A program made the position numbers and the translations under genes. Positions 5,690-12,899 of a stretch of DNA of 32,000 nucleotides are shown in pieces (position 1 is the stretch's first letter; the number at the start of each line of letters is the position of its first letter). Below the pieces are notes generated by a model. The model was given only the letters and a program-made list of their open reading frames with translations. It was not told the origin of the DNA and searched no databases. This DNA is from Synechococcus sp. A15-24 (lineage in GTDB: Bacteria; Cyanobacteriota; Cyanobacteriia; PCC-6307; Cyanobiaceae), in assembly GCF_014280195.1 (NCBI RefSeq), contig NZ_CP047960.1, positions 630,001 to 662,000 on the forward strand. Reading direction: 5' to 3'.

Positions 5690-7780
5690 ATGCTTACAGC
5701 GGTTTGCCCATCCCAATGGATTATCCGCAGTGAGCTGGTTGATCGGGTTCGTGTATTCCATCCAGGTTTATCCTCCTCGCCTGGATTACGCCAACATTGT
5801 GGGTCATTGTTGCATCGTACCCATTGGCTTCTCAGTCACCGTATCAATGCGGTGTCCTCCACAGTGGTGATTCGATTTCACCCTCGCCAGCGAGATGAAA
5901 TCACGCTTCTTCTCGAGCGTTGCTTCATTGAACCCGTTGCTGATTCAGGCCTTGAACAGGCATTGGCTGCAGAAACACGTATTACAGACATCACCCATAG
6001 TTCTTCTTTTCAACAGGCTCTGCGCAGTGGAGTGATTTGCGGTTCTGTTCTTCTCATTGATTCCATTCTGGCCATTCCCCCGTTGGGTCTTGGCTTGGTG
6101 GCCACCATGCTGAGCTTGCCGCTGTTGCGTGAATTTATTGAACAAGTGAAAGAGCGTCTTAAAGGCGAGGTTGATTCCAGACAATTGCTACCTCCAGCTT
6201 CGGTTGAAGTTGCCCTTTCAGCGATGTTGATTGGTTCAGGTTTGGCGCGCGAATCTCTTGTTGAAGGACTATTAGGAAGCTCTACGTCAGCGCTCCAGTC
6301 GATAAGTGAAAATACTGATGGCTCCAGTTCGGAGTTTTTTGTGTTTTTGGAGCGTATTAAGACTTCAGTGATGCTGAGATGTGTAGGTACTAAATCAGAG
6401 GGTAGTAGCTTATGTCCAATCGGGGATGTTCAAGTTGGTCAGCGCTATCGATTGATTGATGAGTATCACGTTTATTTACCCTCCAGGGTGGTCCAAGGAG
6501 AGTTGGTTGTAATTAATAGCCTCAGCGATGGCTCTCCCCTCCCGTTCCATGTAATTCCGGGTGATTTTCTTGCCTTTGGCGCATTTGTGCTGTCTGGCGA
6601 CGGTATTTGTGAAGTCGTTCAGCCTTTTTCTGAGATTGCTGCTTTTCAGATTGAGGACACTCTTCTGGAAGAGGAGCCATTAAGTGTTTTCCAGCAGCGT
6701 TTGTCCTCCTTGTACGACATTCTTTTGCCGCCTGTGCAGCTTGGATTTGGAGTTTGGTCATTACTTAATGGCCTCACAGAACGTGCTATTGGTTTGCTGG
6801 CTTTCAATCCGGCTGAAGATTCTGAGCATGCCTCTTTGTCTTCTGCTGAGTCAGCTTTGGTTGACATGGCACTCAATAATGTGCACATTTCTGATTCTCG
6901 CGTTTTGGACACACTGAGCGATGTGAGTCATGTTTTAGTCAGTGTTGATGCTATGCGACATCTTGGCTCTTATTCATATGAACAGAATTTGTCAAAGGAT
7001 GCATCTGGTTTTGGTTGTGACTTGCTTCAAATTCTATGGGCTATTGTCTCACATCTTGGTGCAGACCCAAGCTCTGTCTTTTGGGGTATTTTGAGTGATG
7101 TCCTAGAGAAACACCCGACACTTCAATCTCTTGAGGTAAACCTTGGTGAATCAGATCAAGGCCTTTACCACGTTGTTCTTGAAGGCCAGCCCAAGGTTTT
7201 GATCCGTTTTGAGGAAAAGGGTGAATCCATTCATGCTCTCTTTTCTACGTCAGATGCTTCTCTCGGTGGACTCACTATTGTCTGGCGGCCATCCCCAGAG
7301 TTTGAATCGGTGATGTCCCAGCTTTGTGAACTTGGCATTGCAGTTAGTACGGTTGGTTCTCATTCTGGGAGAACTAGGGAACCACAAGATCGCAAATCTA
7401 AGTTGCATGAACTTCAAAAAAATGGATCTAAAGTTGCTTACTTAGGTGATGTTGTTAATGATATCGCTGCTATGGCGGCAGCTGATGTAGCGATTGGTTT
7501 TTCAGAGGATGAAAAGGGCTTTATCTCTAAAACCGTCTGCGACGTTATTCTAGGCGGAGACATTCATTGGCTTTCTCGTCTTTTTGTTCTTAGCCGTAAT
7601 TATGTGCAATCTAATCATTTTAACACGAATTTGATTGTTGTTTCATCAATTCTGCTTGCTGCGGCTTCTTTTGCGGCTACCTTCTCTCCCCTCCAAACAA
7701 TTGTCCTGTTTAATGCAGCCCCTGTTATTGCCGAAATCAATACATTGCGATCTCTAAATTTTTCTAGGACAAGAAGTTAA
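5690..7780 (+). CDS. Degenerate P-type ATPase paralog (696 aa) with an HMA2/CoBaHMA-like N-terminus. The catalytic motifs are eroded, so it is a probable pseudoenzyme.
   Basis: It is collinear with the neighbouring ATPase. TGES is replaced by SLSDGSPLP, DKTGT by LVSVDAMRHLG, and no TGD is recognisable. Only GDVVNDIAAMAAADVAIGF (GDxxND) survives. The N-terminus has VDRVRVFH and LLSHRINAVSSTVVIRF. The ORF is intact over 2.1 kb. Confidence 0.85.
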   Translation: MLTAVCPSQWIIRSELVDRVRVFHPGLSSSPGLRQHCGSLLHRTHWLLSHRINAVSSTVVIRFHPRQRDEITLLLERCFIEPVADSGLEQALAAETRITDITHSSSFQQALRSGVICGSVLLIDSILAIPPLGLGLVATMLSLPLLREFIEQVKERLKGEVDSRQLLPPASVEVALSAMLIGSGLARESLVEGLLGSSTSALQSISENTDGSSSEFFVFLERIKTSVMLRCVGTKSEGSSLCPIGDVQVGQRYRLIDEYHVYLPSRVVQGELVVINSLSDGSPLPFHVIPGDFLAFGAFVLSGDGICEVVQPFSEIAAFQIEDTLLEEEPLSVFQQRLSSLYDILLPPVQLGFGVWSLLNGLTERAIGLLAFNPAEDSEHASLSSAESALVDMALNNVHISDSRVLDTLSDVSHVLVSVDAMRHLGSYSYEQNLSKDASGFGCDLLQILWAIVSHLGADPSSVFWGILSDVLEKHPTLQSLEVNLGESDQGLYHVVLEGQPKVLIRFEEKGESIHALFSTSDASLGGLTIVWRPSPEFESVMSQLCELGIAVSTVGSHSGRTREPQDRKSKLHELQKNGSKVAYLGDVVNDIAAMAAADVAIGFSEDEKGFISKTVCDVILGGDIHWLSRLFVLSRNYVQSNHFNTNLIVVSSILLAAASFAATFSPLQTIVLFNAAPVIAEINTLRSLNFSRTRS

Positions 7781-7822
7781 CTCATTAGCTTTATTTAGGT
7801 TATAGATTTTTGCTGAATGACG

Positions 7823-8431
7823 CTAATGCGCCAATATATTTATTCCGAGAGCTATAAACAAAGCACCACTTATGTACAAGAGTCGTTTTTGGCATAGGCG
7901 TTTTTTTAAGCATTTCCCTGACGATACCGCCATAATCGCAAGAAGAAAGTTAGCCGCTACTGCTCCAGAAAAAATGCTTTCTGCAGATATGTTTGGCCCA
8001 GCGGCTAATGCAAGAAGCGCAAGTTGCGTGCGGTCACCGAACTCAGCTAAAAATGTTGTCGCAAACGAGTTGCGAATCACCTCGTTTGCGGGCATTGCTA
8101 GTTCTACTGATTCAAATGTTTTTTTGGTTCCTTCTTCGTTGGTGGCAACATGAAGGCTTGATTTCATTTTTCTTGCTTCGAGAAATGCGTTGGCTCCGAA
8201 TAGGAGAAATGCCACTCCTGAGAAGATTTGAATGGTATCGATGGATATGACCGATTTCATCCATACCCCGGCTGTAATCCAAAGTCCTGCGCCGATTGTT
8301 AGGGCCGAAACGCTTCCAGTGAAAACCCAACGAGCTTTATGCCTTGCCGCGAGAACAAGAGTGGTTAAGAATGATTTATCTCCTACGCCCGCGATGGCGA
8401 CCGTGGCGAATGCTGTAGTAAAGCCAGCCAC
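7823..8431 (-). CDS. UPF0016/GDT1-family (TMEM165/Mnx-type) cation transporter (202 aa).
   Basis: It has a two-repeat membrane architecture. The second signature is canonical (EFGDRTQ). The first reads GVGDKSF, with Gly where Glu is expected. The start is GTG at 8431, with an upstream in-frame stop at 8456-8458. Confidence 0.85.
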   Translation of the reverse strand: MAGFTTAFATVAIAGVGDKSFLTTLVLAARHKARWVFTGSVSALTIGAGLWITAGVWMKSVISIDTIQIFSGVAFLLFGANAFLEARKMKSSLHVATNEEGTKKTFESVELAMPANEVIRNSFATTFLAEFGDRTQLALLALAAGPNISAESIFSGAVAANFLLAIMAVSSGKCLKKRLCQKRLLYISGALFIALGINILAH

Positions 8432-8508
8432 ATACCTAGGGAAATTTCTGACAAGCTATCGGAGATGTCTTTTCCCTGTTGCTCGCGTCAGTGCATGTGG
8501 ATATGGCT

Positions 8509-9036
8509 TCAGCGATCCGTGGGTTCCTTGACAAGCCAGGCTGTGCGCTGTCCGGCTCGACTGATTCGTTCAAACTCTAATCCCATTCTGTGAAAACCCC
8601 GTTGCCCACTGGATAATTGCTCCGTCTGCGGCAAGCGCTTGATCTCGAGAAGTGAGCAGATTTCGTGACCTGTGAGTTCGATTTGCGTGGTTTTGAGCAG
8701 ATCTAGAACTTCAATCCTTTCTCGTAATAAACGTAGCTTGGAATACTTTCTGACATCGTCTTCGATTGGCGGCTCTGAGCTGGTTTCGGTTGTTGCCAGT
8801 TCGTGGTGTGTGAAGTTGGTTTCCACTGTGACCACTTCCGCGACCAGGGGCTCTTTCGGATTGGCCCGTCCCAGGTGGTCATAGATGCGTCCCGTTTCTT
8901 CTTGTCGAATCCAGGTGCGCATGCCTCGTCGGATCGGCTCAATACCGAGTTCACGCATCACCAGCAGTAGGTCAACCCGCGACAGACCGAGGTCAGACTC
9001 CAGACTGCCAAGACTGACCGCTTGTTGTGAGCTCAT
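8509..9036 (-). CDS. Hypothetical protein (175 aa), possibly HTH-like at the N-terminus; it sits at the compositional boundary.
   Basis: ATG at 9036 and TGA at 8509-8511, with intermediate GC. The N-terminus LGSLESDLGLSRVDLLLVMRELGIEPIRRGMRTWI looks like a small DNA-binding helix bundle. No family was recognised. Confidence 0.55.
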   Translation of the reverse strand: MSSQQAVSLGSLESDLGLSRVDLLLVMRELGIEPIRRGMRTWIRQEETGRIYDHLGRANPKEPLVAEVVTVETNFTHHELATTETSSEPPIEDDVRKYSKLRLLRERIEVLDLLKTTQIELTGHEICSLLEIKRLPQTEQLSSGQRGFHRMGLEFERISRAGQRTAWLVKEPTDR

Positions 9037-9101
9037 GCTGGGAACTTCTACAAGACCTTTTTACTCGTTGTTCACGTCCAGTTGTCAATTGTCTTCGGCT
9101 C

Positions 9102-9138
9102 AAAAAAACGTGCGTGAAGCCATTTCACTCCACACACG
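9102..9138 (-). terminator. Intrinsic terminator downstream of cysK.
   Basis: The minus-strand RNA reads CGUG-ugugga-GUGAA-auggc-UUCAC-g-CACG followed by U7 (plus-strand A-run at 9102-9108). It lies 43 nt after the cysK stop. Confidence 0.55.
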
Positions 9139-9180
9139 CGTTGATCGCTCTAGTCGATTTGAGGCTCCAGTGATCCTGAG

Positions 9181-10167
9181 TCAGACTGCGACAGGCTGCT
9201 CGATGATGCCGGTGGGCACATCGGCGAACATGACCGACGAGAGATAGCGCTCGGCCAGGTCGGGCAGCACTACCACGATGGTTTTGCCGGCGTAGGCGTC
9301 CTGTTCCGCCAGGCGGATGGCAGCTGCGGCGGCGGCTCCACAGGAGATGCCTACCAACAGACCCTCTTCCTGGGCCAGGCGCAGGGCCATGGCGATCGAT
9401 TCGTCATTGGTCACCTGCTCCACCTTGTCGACCATGGACATGTCCAGGTTCTTAGGGATGAAGCCGGCGCCGATGCCCTGGATCTTGTGGGGACCGGGCT
9501 TGACCGTTTCTCCGTTGATTGTCTGGGTGATCACCGGGCTATGGCTGGGTTCCACGGCGACGGATTCGATCGCTTTGCCGGCTTCGTTCTTGATGTAGCG
9601 GGACACACCGGTGATGGTGCCGCCGGTGCCGACGCCAGCCACCAGCACATCGATGGCACCGTCACAGTCGTTCCAGATCTCCGGACCAGTGGTCTTGAAG
9701 TGGATATCGGGGTTGGCGGGATTGTCGAACTGCCCTGGCATGAAGTACTTGCCGGGATCGCTGTCGGCAATCTCCTTGGCCTTGGCGATGGCACCGGGCA
9801 TGCCCTTGGCGGCCTCGGTGAGGATCAGCTCGGCGCCAAGAACGGCCATCATCCGGCGACGCTCGATCGACATCGACTCGGGCATCGTCAGAATCAGTTT
9901 GTAGCCGCGGGCCGCCGCTGTAAAGGCGAGGGCGATTCCGGTATTGCCGGAGGTGGGCTCGACAATCACCTTGTCTTTGGTGAGCTTGCCGCTCTTCTCG
10001 GCATCCCAAATCATGTTGGCGCCGATCCGGCACTTCACGCTGTAAGCGGGATTGCGACCTTCGACCTTTGCCAGCACGGTGGCTTTGCAGTTCTTGGTGA
10101 CGCTGTTCAGCTTCACCAGCGGGGTGTTGCCGATGGCGAGGCTGTTGTCGTCGTAAATGCGGGACAT
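9181..10167 (-). CDS. cysK: O-acetylserine sulfhydrylase / cysteine synthase A (328 aa).
   Basis: The full-length ORF starts [21 protein letters not shown]. It carries the PLP-lysine context SVKCRIG, the [10 protein letters not shown] loop and the GTGGT motif typical of CysK. Confidence 0.95.
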   Translation of the reverse strand: MSRIYDDNSLAIGNTPLVKLNSVTKNCKATVLAKVEGRNPAYSVKCRIGANMIWDAEKSGKLTKDKVIVEPTSGNTGIALAFTAAARGYKLILTMPESMSIERRRMMAVLGAELILTEAAKGMPGAIAKAKEIADSDPGKYFMPGQFDNPANPDIHFKTTGPEIWNDCDGAIDVLVAGVGTGGTITGVSRYIKNEAGKAIESVAVEPSHSPVITQTINGETVKPGPHKIQGIGAGFIPKNLDMSMVDKVEQVTNDESIAMALRLAQEEGLLVGISCGAAAAAAIRLAEQDAYAGKTIVVVLPDLAERYLSSVMFADVPTGIIEQPVAV

Positions 10168-10269
10168 GAGGCTGCTGGCAGGTAATGGGGCCCGAAGAAA
10201 ACAAAATAGACATCCGAATCCCTTACCAGCGCTGTTGTTAAGGGCTTTTTCAGAGTCTCCGTTGGTTCC

Positions 10270-11721
10270 TCAGGATTCCAGCGCTCTGGCGAAGCGTTGC
10301 CAGAGCTCGTTCGGATCTTCCAGACCGACGGAGACCCGCAGCAGATAGGCAGGTACACCGCAATCGGCTGCCCAGTCCAGCTCGTCGTAATGGGCCAGCT
10401 GGGTGTAAGGGCAGGCCAGGGTGAAGTGGGTCCCCAGGCTGGGACCCTTGCTTACCTGCAGGGCATCGAACACCTGTTGCGTCCTGGTGGCGTCGTTCAG
10501 CACAAAGGAGAGCAGGCAGCCGTGGCAGGCATTGGGGCGCATCAGGCCCCTGAAGTTGACGCAGTCCTTGGGATGGAGCACCTGCCGCACCGCAGGGTGG
10601 TGTTCCAGGTGTTGCGCCAGCTGAAGGCAGTGACGATCGAGTTGTGGGACCCGGTCGTTCACGTCGCGACTGGCCTGCTCCAGGGCAATGGCATCACCAT
10701 CCCCCAGGGGTGCTGGAGTCGTGATGGCCTGCAGCAGTTGGGTGCTCCAGCGGGAGTGGGGGCTCACCAGCAGGCTTCCGGCCATCACATCGCCTCGTCC
10801 GGCGAAGCTCTTGGTCAGGGAGGTGAAGATCAGGTCGGCATAGGGCAGGGCATTGAGGTTGATGCCAGTGCCGATGGTGTCGTCGGCGATCACAGGAATC
10901 CCACGGGAGTGAGCCATTTCGCTCACCGCCGGCAGATCCACACAGCGCAGCAGCGGATTGCTCGGCAGTTCCACGATCACGGCTGCCGGCTGGTGCTGAT
11001 CCAGCGCCGCTTCCACCTCGGTAAGGGTCTGTGGTTGCAGCAGCTCGCCGCCGTGGAACACCACCTGCGGTTGCTTCAGCACATCCACATAGGGAAAGCC
11101 GAGCTGCAGGGTGGGGCGCTGCGGTCGCAGCTGCTGAATGGCGTTTAACGCGGCATGAAGGCCGGCCATGCCCGCCGGATGAAGGCTGATCCGTTCGGCT
11201 TCGACGCCATGGATGGCAGCCAGGCGCTGGCGAATGCTGGTTCTGGCCGCTTCAGCGTCCTCTGCTGATGGCGACTGTTCCAGCCCCAGTGCAACGGCCG
11301 CCTGCCGGGAGGAGGCGCCGAGGCCGGTGTGCTGCCAGAAGGCTTTGGCATGGGGACTGGCGCTGGCATCGGTGTGCAACGCCACCAAGGGGCCGGAGCT
11401 GGTCAGTTGGGTGTGGGCCTGCGGCGCCTTGCGGCGGCAGTGGGCCTCGGCGGCGCGGGCCGCGGCTTCGGTGGCATAAGGCCAGGCCGTCAGTCCATCG
11501 AGGGCCAACTGGCCCGACAGCGTCTGCAGCAGAGGGTGCAACCCGAAGCGCGGGTAAATGGTCTGCAGCGCCTGACGACAGCTGGGGTCTTGTTCCTCGT
11601 AGGCAATCACGTCCTGCCAGCGGGGCAGGGCCATCGACACGGCGTGGGTGGCGTCCGGCAGGGGATGGCCCAGATCCGCTCCCTGCCAGCAGGGTTCGCT
11701 CAAGAGGTCGCGGGGACTCAC
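10270..11721 (-). CDS. Cys/Met-metabolism PLP-dependent enzyme, cystathionine gamma-synthase-like, with a long N-terminal extension (483 aa).
   Basis: FTSLTKSFAGRGDVMAGS gives the PLP-lysine context. The GTG start at 11721 overlaps the upstream TGA (GTGA at 11718-11721). Confidence 0.8.
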   Translation of the reverse strand: MSPRDLLSEPCWQGADLGHPLPDATHAVSMALPRWQDVIAYEEQDPSCRQALQTIYPRFGLHPLLQTLSGQLALDGLTAWPYATEAAARAAEAHCRRKAPQAHTQLTSSGPLVALHTDASASPHAKAFWQHTGLGASSRQAAVALGLEQSPSAEDAEAARTSIRQRLAAIHGVEAERISLHPAGMAGLHAALNAIQQLRPQRPTLQLGFPYVDVLKQPQVVFHGGELLQPQTLTEVEAALDQHQPAAVIVELPSNPLLRCVDLPAVSEMAHSRGIPVIADDTIGTGINLNALPYADLIFTSLTKSFAGRGDVMAGSLLVSPHSRWSTQLLQAITTPAPLGDGDAIALEQASRDVNDRVPQLDRHCLQLAQHLEHHPAVRQVLHPKDCVNFRGLMRPNACHGCLLSFVLNDATRTQQVFDALQVSKGPSLGTHFTLACPYTQLAHYDELDWAADCGVPAYLLRVSVGLEDPNELWQRFARALES

Positions 11722-12860
11722 GCCAGCAACTCCAGGGCCTGCTCCAGATCGGCCTGCAGATCGGCGAGGTCTTCACAGCCCACTGAGAAGCGCACCAGGC
11801 CATCGTCAATGCCCAGCTTGGCCTTCACCTCGGCAGAGACAGCGGCGTGGGTCATGGTGGCCGGGTGGCAGATCAGGCTTTCGATGCCGCCGAGACTTTC
11901 GGCCATGGTGAACCAGCGCAGTTGTTTGCAGAGGGCATAGGTCTGCTCCTGGCTGGCGTTGAAGCTCACCGTCACGATGGCGCCGCCGGCACTCATCTGA
12001 CGGCTTGCCACCTGATGTTGAGGGTGATCTCTGCGGTGGGGATAACGCACCCAATTCACTTTGGCGTGCCCCGCCAGTTGATCGGCCAGGGCCGCGGCAT
12101 TGGCCATCTGCTGCTTCAGCCGAAGTGGCAGCGTCTTGATGCCCCGCGTGATCAACCAGCAATCAAAAGGGGAGGGCTGCAGGCCCAGGGCCTTTTGGGA
12201 GAACATCATCTTCTGGTGCCACTCGGGATCGTTGGTGCAGACCGCTCCACCGAGGGCATCGGAGTGGCCGTTGATGTATTTGGTGGTGCTGGTGAGCGAG
12301 AGGGTGGCGCCAAGATCCAGGGGACGCTGCACCAGGGCGGTGGCGAAGGTGTTGTCGACCACCACGGGGATTCCCAGGGGTTGAGTGACGCTACAGACCG
12401 CCTCCAGGTCGATCACCTTGAGCAGGGGGTTGGTGGGGCTCTCCAGCCACACCATCGCCGGCGTCTGAGCTTGGATCTGCTCCAGTGCTGCCGGCTGGGT
12501 GAAGTCCGCCAAGGCGGTTTTCAACCCGAACTTGGCGAACACCTGCTCGAACAGCCGCACGGTGCAGCCGTAGAGGTTCTCCTCGCACAGCACCAGATCG
12601 CCCTGCTTCAACTGCGACACCACGGCGGTGATGGCGCTGACGCCGGAGGCGAAGACGGTGGCGTGGGCGCAGCCTTCCACCGAAGCAAGAACGCTGTCGA
12701 GGATGCGGAAGTTGGGGTTGCCCGAGCGGGTGTAATCAAATCCGCCCGCATTGCCATGGGCAAAGGTGCTGGTGGGGAAGATCGGCGGCATCACGGTGCC
12801 GGTGTCCCCGGCAAAGCTCTCGCCGTGGTGGATCACCCGGGTGTTCAGGCCTTCGCTCAC
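11718..12860 (-). CDS. Cystathionine gamma-synthase / beta-lyase family PLP enzyme (380 aa).
   Basis: The N-terminus is NTRVIHHGE. SLTSTTKYINGHSDALGG gives the PLP-lysine context. The start is GTG at 12860, with an upstream in-frame stop at 12885-12887. Confidence 0.9.
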   Translation of the reverse strand: MSEGLNTRVIHHGESFAGDTGTVMPPIFPTSTFAHGNAGGFDYTRSGNPNFRILDSVLASVEGCAHATVFASGVSAITAVVSQLKQGDLVLCEENLYGCTVRLFEQVFAKFGLKTALADFTQPAALEQIQAQTPAMVWLESPTNPLLKVIDLEAVCSVTQPLGIPVVVDNTFATALVQRPLDLGATLSLTSTTKYINGHSDALGGAVCTNDPEWHQKMMFSQKALGLQPSPFDCWLITRGIKTLPLRLKQQMANAAALADQLAGHAKVNWVRYPHRRDHPQHQVASRQMSAGGAIVTVSFNASQEQTYALCKQLRWFTMAESLGGIESLICHPATMTHAAVSAEVKAKLGIDDGLVRFSVGCEDLADLQADLEQALELLA

Positions 12861-12899
12861 TGCCGCGTCATCGATGGGAACAGACTAAGAAATCGCTAT

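Larger units (their letters stand above)
1..9036. other. Low-GC accessory island. The right edge lies somewhere between about 8.4 and 9.2 kb; the left edge is beyond position 1.
   Basis: Hand counts of individual 60-nt lines give about 42% G+C at the start of the window and about 63% around 13 kb. Gene content switches from unusual membrane and cation proteins to core cyanobacterial genes at cysK. No integrase, tRNA or flanking direct repeat is visible inside the window. Confidence 0.6.

Noticed and set aside
7783-7828. The inverted repeat CATTAGC ... GCTAATG between the convergent pseudo-ATPase and GDT1 genes, as a bidirectional terminator.
   Set aside because: The stem is 7 bp and AT-rich with a loop of about 32 nt. 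One arm lies inside the GDT1 coding region, and there is no U-run.
10220-10250. The hairpin CCCTTA-N13-TAAGGG followed by CTTTTT between cysK and the upstream PLP-enzyme gene.
   Set aside because: The T-run is on the plus strand, antisense to the operon. The stem is only 6 bp with a 13-nt loop, so it is probably not a functional terminator.
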